DNA from: Octopus sinensis
Lineage: Eukaryota
DNA length: 64,000 nucleotides
Direction of reading: 5' to 3'
Assembly (NCBI RefSeq): GCF_006345805.1
Contig: NC_043004.1
Location: 103,726,001 to 103,790,000, forward strand
Shown here: in pieces, positions 50,905 through 64,000 of the stretch
How the letters are laid out: each line of letters opens with the position of its first letter
How positions within the stretch are numbered: the first letter of the stretch is position 1
Notes under the pieces: model-generated
Databases searched by the model: none
Told to the model about the DNA's origin: nothing
What the model saw: the letters and a program-made list of their open reading frames with translations, nothing else
Program-made: the position numbers and the translations under genes

Positions 50905-52440
50905 TAACTTTTCAGCACTGCATTATTATACTTATTTTTGCCTCTAGCCTACCCCTCCAACGCACCATTGCCTGAGCCTTCCAGCGACTGCAGTCTGACC
51001 CCTTCACTTCGCATATCTTCCTTAACCTACCACTTCCCTTCTTTAAACGAGCCCATAACCTGCGTGACCTCCTGGCCCACAATTTCTTCCCTACCCCCGC
51101 CTCCTAGCATGGATCCTTCCCCTGTTTCCGCCACGCTGTCGCACCTGCCCCTTTCTCTCCAACACCATCCTCACAAGCACCCACCACCGTCCCTATCACT
51201 CCTTTACCTGCACCCCTAGTAATGTCCTTTACTACATCTCCTGCTTTCTCTGTCCTTCCCTGTACATCGGCCAAACGGAACGCCACTTGGCTAACAGGTT
51301 TGCGGAGCACCTTCGGGACCTCAGACTTGGCAATGACATCCCAGTCTCGCGCCATTTCCATTCTACCGGTCATTCGCTACAACATCTATCTGTGTTCAGA
51401 CTGTCTCTTCACAGGAGCCACCCGGACTCCTGCCTTCACCGTGAACTGGGATTAATCTTCTCTCTTCGTTCCTTTGTTCCACATGGTCTCAACTCCTTTC
51501 CTCTCTTCATCTGATACCAACCTCATCTCCTCTCTTCCTTTGACACCAATCGTACACGGATACCCACTCACCTCCCACACTCTCCACATGCACAACCACA
51601 TACCGCCCACCACGGCACCCTCACCCACACGCACCACTATACACACACGCACACACACTGTTCAACTCATCACTTACTTCACACATCATTACACACATGC
51701 CCACAACACCTTCCCACTCCACACAAACTTCTCAGTACCCACACAACACACCATCATTCACACACACACAATCTTCGATAGAGTCACCACACATACCACT
51801 ATATGAGCAGTCACACACACTGAGTTTAACTCAGTACACACACCACACACCACACACCATCATGAACATTCCCGCATCCACAAAAGCACATAATACCTGA
51901 ACACAGATAATATATACCCATACATGCGCACACACACGGAACACGCATAGACAAAGATAACTTTCGCCCACATACATACACTATACACATGCACACAATT
52001 TACTCAGTGACACACACACGCATACACATGTACACAGACCACGTGTAAAAGCACACATCAACTGCTAGACACAACACACGCACACGTTGCACATGCAGAC
52101 ACGCGTCAAACCTACTCGCCCCCTTCGCACATACACGCACACTCACCATTCATCCATACACGCACACGCTTGCGCACCTCCTCTTCATGGGATCACCATG
52201 AATTATCTCCCCTTCATTCAACCTTATTATCTCCTTTGTCATTTTTCCATCATTCGCCATCTTAGACCACTGAACTCAAGACGTTTTTGTTTTCTTCATT
52301 TTCTCTCTATTAATTTCCTCTTATTCCTTTCCGTCGAAGAGCGTAGGCTCGAAATGTAAAAGACTTTTCCATTTTTCCCGAGCGTCAAGCTTGCTAGTTC
52401 CTACACCAGTCTTCGCATTTGTTTTTCTATAAAATTTAAC
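50905..52440 (+). mobile_element. Penelope-like element 3' part (linker, GIY-YIG, tail, terminal repeat)
   Basis: FKRAHNLRDLL, a C..C linker, SNVLYYISC..C..LYIGQTERHLANRFAEHLRDLR...VSRHFHSTGH...PHGLN, and a terminal module shared with 34100-34245. Confidence 0.88.
52327..52362 (+). ncRNA. Hammerhead-ribozyme-like motif (variant) in PLE terminal repeat
   Basis: cttt-CCGTCGAA-GAGC gtag GCTC-GAAA-TG-T-A-aaag. Confidence 0.45.
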
Positions 52441-52484
<44 letters not shown>

Positions 52485-53856
52485 GATGCATATAATTATA
52501 TATATGTATATATGTATGTACATATGTGTGTGTGTATGTGTGTATATATGTAGGGGGAGATAAAGAAAGACATATACTGGTGTATCAAATCCCATACGAC
52601 ATAAAATCTTTATTATTATTATTATTATTATCTTCGCCTCTAGAGCAAAGTTCTTAACCCATTTCGGCCAAACTCACCCCACCCTTTGACCCTTAGAGTC
52701 ATAAATGGCCCTCCTAGAAAATATTTTATTTTTCAATATACAATTTATTTTGATATCAGCAGATAATGATTAAAAAATAAGGGACAATATTTTACATATT
52801 CGCTTGTGCGCAATCGGGAGTACAGATGTACAAATTGAAATGCAAAAAAAAAAAAAATAATAAAAAATAATAAATTAAATAATAAATTGAAAGTTTGGTA
52901 ATTGCGTTTATTTCCATCACGCGACTCTTATGAGATCAACGTGTTGTCTATCGAAAGAGTGCTCTTTGGTACAAGTAAATGCCGATGAAATCATTTCAAA
53001 CCTTTCCGATTTCCCTTATCAAAACAGCTAGAATTTGTGCAACATTCTGACATATAAGTTATTGTCACCCGAGAAGAGGATTTTTTATGCTCGAGAAAGA
53101 GAGTGTATTTGATAGAAATTGTTGAAATACATATGTACTTCATATGAGTAGAAAATTGTGGAGGATGGTATTCACTGGGCTTGGATCTAGTTTGAGTCAC
53201 AAAATCAGCCCCCTTTTAAATGACGTATAAAAAAATTGTCATATTAAACATTCATTTCTTATTTAGGATCTAGTTTGTTTCATTCACAAAATCAACATTT
53301 TTTGAAGAAATTAATAATTTGAGTAAAAATTTGACACACACACACATCTTTTTTGTACAATTCATCGTTTTAAAATATGGCTAGTCCGAATCTACCATTC
53401 GTTTCTCTTTATAATTTCCAAACAATTTTTAGATACTTCACAATCAAAATTGCGTAAATATATGTGCCAGAAACTGTAGTTAACAATTAAAGAGATAGAT
53501 TTTGGGTGATTTCTTATGACTGACATTTATTCCGTTATTCTAATATCTTCTGAAACTTATACATATACATGTATAAATGCATACACATACATACAAATGT
53601 ATACACGCACACATATATTTTTATAGAGTTAGTATTGTATCCAGCCTTTAAATATATAAATATTTTGGCATATCTACACAATTGTGCCCCAAAGATTTGC
53701 TTCTTCATAACCATGAGAAAATTAAAGATTTCTTTTCTACAAATATGCTTCAGATCGTGTAGATTCCGGTTAAATTGGAATTCCTTATGAAAACCGTTTG
53801 TCCCTAAAGGAGTTTTAAACACTTCACACCATTAGGCTTTGTTGTGTCTATGTATA

Positions 53857-54392
53857 TCTATTATATAAAATCCATTCTGTCTGTCTGTGTGTGTGTGTCT
53901 TCTAGGATCTCGGGCATCCTCCATCCGATTGCACTCAAATTTGATATGTAGATACCGACGGTATCAGGGCGTGTATAAGTCTTGAAAAAATTACAAAAAT
54001 TGATTCCAGATGAGAATGCGATCGATAAAGCTGCTTTTGTCCTGCTTTTCTTCCGTCAACCTGTACATAACTGCACCTTCCATTTTTTGTTGTTTTTGTA
54101 CAGCTTAAAGGCACGTTTCTTTCCTGCCAAGCTTACTGTTTAAACCATGTTTGTGTTCTCCCAGTCAACAGCCTTATTATTACTGGTAATTTAAACTCTT
54201 CGGTTGAATATTTGTGTGAATAAAATCGTTTTTCTTTGGAATAGAAAAAAAAGTCCATCTTTATTTCTTCTTTTGCTGGTGTATCAAAGGGGTGGCCTAT
54301 GGGACGGTCGGACAAGTAGTTTTGAGAAAATTTGGTTTAAATGTTTGACAACTCAGCACCGTCCATTGAACGGGAGGGGGGCGTTTTGCTCG
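53857..54392 (+). mobile_element. Helitron-like non-autonomous element, copy 2
   Basis: A|TCTATTATATAAAA...GCTCG|T. The 5' 175 bp and 3' ~105 bp match copy 1; the middle differs. Confidence 0.7.
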
Positions 54393-54404
54393 TATACATA
54401 TATA

Positions 54405-54632
54405 TTTCTTTACTGCCCACAAGGGCCTAAACATAGAGGGGACAAACAAGGACAGACAAAGAGATTGAGTCGATTATATCGCCCCAGTGCGAAATTGGTA
54501 CTTTATTTATCGACCCCGAAAGGATGAAAGGCAAAGTCGACCTCGGCGGAATTTGAACTCAGAACGTAACGACAGACGAAATACGGCTACGCATTTCGCC
54601 TGGCGCGCTAACGTTTCTGCCAGCTCACCGCC
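54405..54632 (-). mobile_element. SINE-B monomer
   Basis: Full head and tail present. Confidence 0.9.
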
Positions 54633-54643
54633 ATAATATACAC

Positions 54644-54693
<50 letters not shown>

Positions 54694-55107
54694 ACGTGGG
54701 TGTATATGTATTGTTTTAATTACATCTTTATACACACACATACGCACATAAAAAAACTGGCACACCATCGGTTACGACAATCACAATCACAAGTATGCAT
54801 AACTTCTTCATCACTCTTCCAACTTCATTTTTCCCTCGTAAAAAGAAGGCTTGGACTATTTGTCGTACCACTGTACGGCTATCTGTCTGCTAATATTGTT
54901 GATAGACATGCAGCATGTCACTGGCATTTCACACATAAAGTCCAGCATTGTGTGAGAAAGTGTGAAGACTGTCAATTGACTTTCTTCCATAAAAGTATTA
55001 GAAAATTATTTGGAAATTACAAAGACAAACGAATGGTAAATTCGGACCGTCGGTATTTTAAAACCATGAATAAAAAAAATGAGGGTGGGGAAATTTTTTT
55101 TATTGTA

Positions 55108-55482
55108 TAGGAATGGCTGTGTGGTAAGTAGCTTACTGACGAACCACATGGTTCCGGGTTCAGTCTCAATGCGTGGCACCTTGGACAAGTGTCTTCTACT
55201 TTAGTCTCGGGCCGACCAAAGCTTTGTGAGTGGATTTGGCAGACGGAAACTGAAAGAAGCCCGTCGTATTTATATATGTGTGTGTGTCTGTGTTTGTCCC
55301 CTCAGCATCGCTTGACAACCGATGCTGGTGTGTTTACGTCCCCGTAACTTAGCGGTTCGGCAAAAAGAGACCGATAGAATAAGTACTAGGCTTACAAAGA
55401 ATAAGTCCTGGGGTCAATTTGCTCGACTAAAGGCGGTGCTCCAGCATGGCCACAGCCACATGACTGAAACAAGTAAAAGAAT
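55108..55482 (+). mobile_element. SINE-A, full length
   Basis: All modules present. Confidence 0.9.
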
Positions 55483-56033
55483 AATCGTATCCATAATGCA
55501 GAAGACAAAATCGGGATCTTCGTCACTGGTTTTCGTCACTGCTTACAATTTTGTTCCAGTTGTTTTCAAATTTGGTATATCGATTAAGTTTTGTATACTA
55601 ATTATGAAAATGAAATTCATTTTCCCTATAAATCCATAATTAAAAAGCTATTAGCCTTTAAAAATTTGCAAAATTTGGGTATTTTAGCCAATCAGAAGCG
55701 AGTATTTTAGACTTCATCGTGGGGAAGAAGTCTATTTCTGTCGTAACCAAAGTCTATTCTGTCGTATATATAAGTTCAGGATTCAAGCGGATCAGGTACT
55801 TAAATGGTCTTTTGATTATTACTAGTCAAGGGATCTTGAAGTGGCACCAATCTATGAGCTTAGGAGTGTTTTAAATATATAATTCGTGCACATTCACCTC
55901 ATTAAAATGGACTTGACGCATGATGTAATATCTATATTCATCAATAAAAAAACTCGTTGGAAACAGCTGTAGTGAATGAGCCATTATCCATCTGTTGTCA
56001 TAAACACACACACACACACACACACACACACCA

Positions 56034-56064
<31 letters not shown>

Positions 56065-56503
56065 GCACACACACACACACATAGAAGAAATTCCTTCAAT
56101 GGAGTGTAAAACATCCAATTCGCTGATACATCAGTTGAATACCGCAGAAATAGGGGTAGAAATACAAATTACAAGCAATAAATTAAATAGAGAAATACAA
56201 TTGACATTATAACAATTTATTTATATTATAATATAACATACTATAAATACATAAGATAAGACAAAAAAATTATTAAAACACCAAAAGGCGTGTGTAGGGT
56301 TCTTTATTAGTGCTTGTCCCCTACCAACCGCCCGAGAATCGGAGATAGTTTCTTTTCGTTGTGGTAACTTAGTGGTTCAGTAAAAGAGACCAATAGTCTA
56401 AGTATTAAGCTTTAAAATAAGTACTGGGGGCGATTTGTTCGAGTAGTCCCTTCAATGCGGTGGCCTATCATGGCTGCTGTCCAATGAGTGAAATAAGTAA
56501 AAG

Positions 56504-56562
<59 letters not shown>

Positions 56563-56805
56563 TTTCGTTTTAGGATTTGGTTTGCAAGATTCTTTATGTG
56601 AGTTCGTGTGTTGAAGCATATTCTGTTCTGTCAGGGGAGAATCATTTTCTTTTTGTGCCTTATAATTTAACGAACTCACCGGTAAAATTTCCACTAATTT
56701 CTTATTTTTTATTTTTATTTTCCTAAAATTTTCGTTTAGGAAAAAAAAAGAAATAAGTGGAAATTATAAGGCACAAAAAGAAAATGACTCTCCCCAGACG
56801 CAACA

Positions 56806-57007
<202 letters not shown>

Positions 57008-57027
57008 GATAGAGAGATAGATAGATA

Positions 57028-57243
57028 CGAGAGGGTGCTGAAAAGTTCCTTGTCTTGGATAAACGAAAAGTCAGGAGGATCGGTTATTTATGATTTTTAT
57101 TCAACATATTCCCCTCTCAGATTCACTCCTATTGCTGCGGTCCTGCAGTTTTTCTAAGCCCCGTGAAAGAACTCGGACAGTTGGGACCCCAACCAGACCT
57201 TTCGCGATACCCCTAAAATCAGGAACTTTTCAGCACCCTTTCG
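57028..57243. mobile_element. Mariner-type MITE (216 bp)
   Basis: TIRs cga(g/a)agggtgctgaaaagttcct, with TA on both sides. Confidence 0.88.
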
Positions 57244-58400
57244 TATGCACACACACAACACACACCACACCACACACATAGATACATACCTACATACATA
57301 TATATATGCATATGTCTGTATTTATATGTTTATGTATACATAAAGAAAAGATTTACTTTCAATATTTACTGAAAATAATAGCCTCTTTGATTCAACTTGC
57401 TCGTGAGTCATCAACATTTTATATTTTAATAGTGGCCCAGTCAGTTTTCTTGTGGAACTGCATGGCTTAGTCAGAGGAGGATGGGCAGCTAGCATTTGTT
57501 TTTAAGGACCTCAAGTACTCCTGTGGAGAGCGGTAGAAGTTCTTCCCAGATCGGGAACCCGACACGACTCGAGTGCATTTCACTAAATTCTCTCAAGAGA
57601 ATTGGCTACTTTTCTAACAAGTGGAGAGGCTTGACAAAGGCTCCATCGCTAGTTTTTGCAAATAAATGAAATCTTAGTGATTTGAATGATCCTTTGATAA
57701 GCTCTATCAGGATCCGGTTTTGATTTTCACTAATAACCAATAAAGACGCTTCGGTAGCTAATATTACAGTCATGAATTTATAGATCCACCATCGGCTTCG
57801 ACGATAAGTATCTTTTTGATTCGATGAATTGAACGTCCGACAAGTAAAAATAACAAGTGGTTGCGTGTTCGACGGACACGCGTACCTTTAACCTTTAGTC
57901 GTTCAAATTAATCTGTCAAATGTCATGCTTATTCGTTCACATTGTTTTTCATCAATCATGCATTATCTCCTACCTTTGAGATTTTGATGATTAGATCGTT
58001 TAAATTTAGAATTACATTGTAGGGTAGATATGTTCCGGTGGGTTTTAACATAAAACAAGTAGAATATTTGGGCCAGATACAAGTGGTTTAAGGCTAAAGG
58101 ATTCACGTAATTTCCAGGTGGAAACAGCGTGACATATACATGATTGATCTTTCGAGTATCAAATACATCCCATCGAACGATTCCTCATTTTCCGTTGAGA
58201 CAAGGCTTGGGTCGACCCAAAACCTTGGCAATTCTACTGGTTGACAGAAACTGAAAGAAGTCCGTCGTATGTATGTATGTATGTATGTATGTATGTATGT
58301 ATGTATGTATGTATGTATGTATGTATGTATGTATGTGTGTATGCATGTATGCATGTATGTATGTATGGTATGTATGTATGTATGTATGTATGTATGTATG

Positions 58401-58449
<49 letters not shown>

Positions 58450-58546
58450 AATTATTAATTCAATATATAAATGGCTATAAATTGCTTTTTTCCATGCTGA
58501 CTACTTGATAATTATCATTGACGTGATTTTTATCCTTATTTTGTGA

Positions 58547-58616
<70 letters not shown>

Positions 58617-59012
58617 TCAGAACGCACAAAATGCTTCGCAGCATTTTGTCCGTTCTGAGTTCAAATCCCGACGATGTAGACTTTGCTTTCCATTCCTTTC
58701 GGGGTCGATAAAATAAGTTCCAGTAGAGCACTGGGGTCGATGTAATCGACTTACTACCTCTCCAGAAATTGCTGACCTTGGAGTGAACATTTGAAACCAA
58801 TAATTGTTTCGAGCTGCTTTAAATTTTGGCATAAGGCTAGCAATTCTCGAGGAGGGATAAGAATGTTCAGCTGATGCTTATCCGGCTTCGAAAGGATGAG
58901 GAATAAAGTCGATTCCGGCGGAATTTGAACCCAGTATGTTAAGCGCCAGAAGAAATGCCGTTAACATTTCGTCCGCCTCGCTAACGATTCTACCAGCTCA
59001 CCGTCTTAAAGT

Positions 59013-59462
59013 TACTCTTTAACTCTCTCTTTACTCTTTTACTTGTTTCAGTCATGTGACTGTGGCCATGCTGGAGCACCGCATTTAGTCGAAGAAATCG
59101 ACCCCAGGACTTATTCGTTGTAAGGCTAGTACTTATTCTAATAGGTCTCTTTTTGCCGAACCGTTAAGTTACGGGGACGTAAACACACCAGCATCGGTTG
59201 TTAAGCGATATTGGGGGGACAAACACAGACACCTAAACATATATACACACATATATATACATATATATATATACATATATATATATATACATATATACGA
59301 CGTGTTTCTTTCAGTTTCTGTCTACCAAATCCACTCACAAGGCATTGGTCGGCCTGAGGCTATAGTTGAAGACACTTGCCCAAGGTACCACGCAGTGGGA
59401 CTGAACCTGGAACCATGTGTTTGGGAAGCAAGCTACTTACCACACAGTCACTCCTACGCCTA
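59013..59462 (-). mobile_element. SINE-A, full length
   Basis: All modules present. Confidence 0.9.
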
Positions 59463-59651
59463 ATATTGATTTTCAATTTCGGCAAAGGCGAACAATTTTG
59501 GAGAAGTAGGGATTAAGTCGATTACATAGATTCCAGTGTTCAACTGGTACATATTTTATCGACTCCGAAAGGATGAAAGGAAAAGTCGACCTCGGGGTAA
59601 CCATTCAGCCAGCTCGCCGCTTTATTCATGACTTCAGTATTAGCTAGCGTT

Positions 59652-60256
59652 AAGGTAGCGAGCTAGCAGAACCGTTAGAGAGCCGGGCGAAATGCTTAGT
59701 GGTATTTCGTCTGCCGTTACGTTCTGAGTTCAAATTTGCCTTTCATCCTTTCAGGGTCGATTAAATAAGTACCAGTTGAATACTGGGGTCGATATAATCG
59801 ACTTAATCCGTTTGTCTGTCCTTGTTTGTCCTCTCTGTATTTAGCCCCTTATGGGTAGTAAAGAAATAGGTATTTCGTCTGCCGTTACGTTCTGAGTTCA
59901 AATTCCGCTGAGGTCGACTTTGCCTTTCATCCTTTCAGGTTCGATAAATTAAGTACCAGTTAGACACTAGGGTCGATGTAATCGACTTAATCCGTTTGTC
60001 TGTCCTTCTTTGTCCCCTTTATGTTTAGCCCCTTGTGGGCAATAAAGAAATAAGAACCGTTAGCAAGCCGGGCGAAATGCTAAGCGGCATTTCGTCCATC
60101 TCTACGTTATGAGTTCACATGCCGAGAGGGTTGACTCTGCCTTTCATCCTCTCGGAGTCGATAAAATAAGTACCAGTTGAGCACTGGGGTCGATATAATC
60201 GACTTACCCGCCCCATCCCCGAAACAGCTGGCATTGTGCCAATATTTGAAACTAAA
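59652..60256 (+). mobile_element. SINE-B trimer
   Basis: A full unit plus two head-shortened units, with junctions at 59869/59870 and ~60053. Confidence 0.88.
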
Positions 60257-60983
60257 ATTGTAGACGTGAATTACGAACAATAGGATTTACCACTCCAATG
60301 TTTCCCGAGTACCGCAGATAAGCAAGTACAAACTGCTACAGACTACGTTGCTGGGCGTTAAATCCATAACCGAGTGCAGGGATTTCAGATTAACCTCACC
60401 TCTACACACACTTCATTTTACTTGCCGGTATCGTAAAATCGATTTCCGACTACTTCTTAAAAGAACTTATTAGCGAGGTATTGCATTATTTTCCTGCAGT
60501 AGCAGCAGCAGCAGCAGCAGTGGTTCTTATTCTATAGACTGAAAAGGAAGAAAGAACATGTCGGCATTTTGTCCGTCTTTTCGTCTTGAGTTCAAATCCC
60601 ACAGAGGTCGACGTTGCCTTTCATCTTTCGGGATCGATAAAATAAGCACCAGTTGAACCACTGGGGCCGATGTGATCAGCTTAATCCACACCTCCCCGAA
60701 ATTACTGGCCTTATGGCCAAAATCTGAAACCAATATTTATACATACATGCAATACATACACACACACACACATGCACACACACACATATGCACACACACA
60801 CATGCACACACACATGCACACACACATACACACACACACATGCACACACACGTGCACACACACACACATTATGTAGGTATATAATGCCTTAGTAGCTCTG
60901 TCCGTACTATCTCCTATAGTATCACTAGTACAACAAGCGAAGAACTCTTCGACGGCTCTCGTACCTCCACTTATCTTCATGTA

Positions 60984-61540
60984 TAAGGTTGTCCGGAAAG
61001 TTCGTGCCGCTTTATAGCAGCTTACCTTTCGACTTATTTTAGGACGTGGTTGAGTCCATAAAATAGGATTTGACTACACCTCCATTTAGAGCACAGTTTA
61101 AGCTATCTTTTCGTCGAAGAAGGTTTATGTTCCTATAACCTGTGTTAATTCTGTAACCCTTTAAAATGGAAGATAAGAAAGTTCATTTGATGCTTTGGGA
61201 ATCAGACAAAAATTGCTGCAGCTCGGCTGGGATGTGTTACCCCACCCACCATATTCACCAGATATTGCTCCTTCGGATTTCCACTTATTCAGGTCTCTGC
61301 AGAATAGTCTTAATGGAAAAAATTTCAATTCCTTGGATGACGTAAAAAGATACCTTGGTGAATTCTTTGCCATGAAACCACATCAATTCTGGGAAGAGAG
61401 TATTTTCAAGTTAAAGGAAAGATGGAGACGCACTGTGCAACAAAATGGTTCGTATTTGGTTGATTAAAAATGTAATAGCAAGTATTTATTGACCTTTTTC
61501 TTTCCTTTAAAAATCGGCATGAACTTTCCGGACAACCCAA
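60984..61540 (+). mobile_element. Internally deleted mariner (DD34D type), 557 bp
   Basis: TIRs t(aa/tg)ggttgtccggaaagttc(g/a)tgccg with TA flanks. N-terminal MEDKKVH is joined to C-terminal GWDVLPHPPYSPDIAPSDFHLF. Confidence 0.92.
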
Positions 61541-61792
61541 TATTTTATCGATTTATATGTATCTCCACGTACTTCAATGGATCTACATGTATCACCATAC
61601 TTTTCCATAGATCTCTATGTATCTCGAGGTACCTCCATGCACTCTATGTACATGTACTCCAATATAACTCCATTTACTTCCATGTATCGTCATGTGTATA
61701 CGTCCCCCTCAATCTAGCTACATGGATCAGCACACATCTTCTTCTGCCTCCATGTACCTCAGACAGTTGTGTAGCTCAAGTGTGTGTGTCAC

Positions 61793-62392
61793 CTGGGCCA
61801 TCTTTAAGTTTGCTCTCCCTCCGTACCCCCAACCTCTATAAAAACTTATATAGCATACCCAAAAGTGCCGCCCCCATAAAAGCTCCGCCTGGGGATGACT
61901 GCATCATGCACCCGCATCAAGCTATGCAACAGCCACCCGGTACCTGGTCTGTTGTCCTTCCGTACTTTCAGCCCCTATTATAGAATTATACAGCATAGCC
62001 AAAATTGACTACCCAATAAAAGCGCCGCCCGGTGCAGACTGCATCTTGCACCCGCATCTAGCTTCATTACATCCACCCAAGGCCGTTCTTAAGTTTGCTA
62101 TCCTTCTGTAACCCCAAGCCCTATACAGACTTATACAACATAACTAAAAGTGCCGCCCCCAAAAAGCATTGCTCCCCCAAAACGCCGCCCGGTGCAGACT
62201 GCATCTTGCACCCGCATCTAGCTTCATTACATCCACCCAAGGCCGTTCTTAAGTTTGCTATCCTTCTGTAACCCCAAGCCCTATACAGACTTATACAACA
62301 TGACTAAAAGTTCCGCCCCCAAAAAGCATTGCTCTCCCAAAACGCCGCCCGGTGCAGACTGCATCATGCACTCCCATCTAGCTATGCTACTG
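61793..62392. repeat. Tandem array of a ~160-bp MITE-like unit (about 4 copies)
   Basis: cgccgcccggtgcagactgcatc occurs at 62023, 62183 and 62343 (period 160), with a diverged copy near 61885. Confidence 0.88.
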
Positions 62393-62715
62393 TCTTCAGG
62401 AACTTCCATGTGTCTGTTTGTATAGCCACGTATCTCCATCTGTCTACATGTGATTTCCACGTACCTCCACGCACCTCCGTCCAGTAGCATTGCCTGCAGT
62501 ACATAAAGACATAGGAATCGAACCACAAGAACAATAACCTCCCATCCAACCCCACGACCACAATTTCTAATTAGCTATTATCCCACCTACTTCTTAAGCA
62601 CCACCATTCATCGATATCATCGTCGTCGTCATCGTCGACGTCGTCGTGGTTGTCGTGGTGATGGCAGTCGTCATGGTCGTGGTCGTGGGCGTTGGTCGTC
62701 GTCGTCGTCATCCTC

Positions 62716-62749
<34 letters not shown>

Positions 62750-63749
62750 GCAGCAGCATCGTTATCTTTGTCGAAATTGACGCAGCCATTATCATCGCCA
62801 TTAATCTTGCGCATTTTTCACTCTTTCCCTCGTTTCTTGTTTCATTAGGTAATAGTCTTAAGAAGTCATTGCTTTGAAAAATGATCGAAATGGAAAGAAA
62901 GAAAGAAAAAAGAAAGAAAGAAAGAAAGAAAGAAAGAAGGAAAGAAGGAAAGAAGGAAAGAAGGAAAGAAAGGGGGATGAAAGAAAGACAGAAAGAAAAT
63001 CGAAAAAGAATAGAAAGGAAAGCTAAATTTATAGTTGTGAAATTAAGTGAGAATGATAGAGAAAATATAGCTTAAAAGAAGAAGAAAAAGAAAGATAAAA
63101 AGAGCAGATGAAAGAACGAATAGAAAGGAAAAGAACGAGAGAAGAAAAAAGAAAGAATAAAGATAGGAAAAGTAAAAGTGTTGGGGAAACAAATGAAGGA
63201 AATAAAAGAAGGAAGAAGAAATGTAGAGAAATGTGGGGAAATGTAGAAATATGACGGCCTTTGAAAGTAATGTCATTTGCTTTCCTTTCAGAATCAAAGA
63301 ACTTAGAAGCTCTGGTTATTATGTCGCAGAACAATCGATTGCTAGAATAAATTTCCATTTATTAAGTTGAACAAGTTGTTGTCTCAGAGGCTGTTTGGCG
63401 AGAATATCGAGAACTCGGCAGAAAATTAACTGTCCATAAGGTCTGGTCTCACATATGTGATGTAGAATGTGGTGAGTTGAAAAGCTTCGATTAACTCTGA
63501 TTATCTATGCAATTAATAGATAAAGCCTCTTTCGAGGCGTGTTTGAAATTTAAAAACAGCAATCAAGCAGGACAACTTCTGTTATCTCAGCTAAGAGAAA
63601 CTTAGGAGGTGGCTGCTGAATGAAGACGATGTTATTGGAGTGGATTTGGTCTTTAAAACAAACCGATGAAAGCAGCGCTATGTTTCAATCTAGCTAGATC
63701 ACATTAGCAAAGCATATTCCGCTCATGTGATTTGAAGATGATCAATATA

Positions 63750-64000
63750 TTTATATATAAAAGTGAGGTTGTGTGCTGTCTGTCTCCTACGATTTAAATT
63801 CCTAACTACTCCCACATTTTGCGGTGCAGTTTAACCAAAACCGGGTATCTTATAGTCGTGATTCATATCGAGCCCTTCTGGGTATTAGCGCGCGTCTACG
63901 ATGAGTCTATGATTTAAAAAAAAATTTACCATCATTTTTTTTCCATTTTAATGCATTTTTCGCTATTAAATAAGGGAAGTAACTCTCTAAAAATGTCTAC
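63750..64000 (+). mobile_element. 5' part of a probable Helitron-like repeat running off the window
   Basis: The opening tttatatataaaagtgaggttgtgtg.tgtctgtc resembles the other Helitron-like 5' ends in the window. Confidence 0.4.

Noticed and set aside
61793-62392. CRISPR-like repeat/spacer array
   Set aside because: Whole units are repeated and there are no unique spacers. The context is eukaryotic with no cas genes.

Overview
This window is eukaryotic, AT-rich DNA saturated with repeats, and it contains one 100-N scaffold gap at 17478-17577. The SINE families and the very high microsatellite load point to an octopus (coleoid cephalopod) genome; this is an inference from recognising the repeats, not from a database search. 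I find no intact protein-coding gene. Most ORFs in the supplied track are microsatellite read-throughs, SINE frames or decayed transposon frames. Well-supported contents are: (1) two abundant tRNA-headed SINE families, here called SINE-A and SINE-B; (2) non-LTR retrotransposon fragments of R4/Dong-like (RLE), CR1/L2-like and RTE type; (3) Penelope-like elements (PLEs) with GIY-YIG domains; (4) Tc1/mariner elements of three catalytic classes (DD37D, DD34E, DD34D), including a mariner nested in the TIR of a Tc1; (5) a Merlin-like MITE with a perfect 8-bp TSD and telomere-like repeats; (6) mini-Helitron-like elements, foldback elements and local duplications. The best leads are a set of hammerhead-ribozyme-like motifs with non-canonical cores in PLE terminal repeats, plus an HDV-like motif at an RTE 5' end, and SINE-B dimers and trimers with recurring junctions that appear to retrotranspose as multimeric units. 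The ribozyme calls come from reading motifs by eye and need covariance-model and biochemical tests. A few weak candidate exons and splice signals are reported at low confidence.
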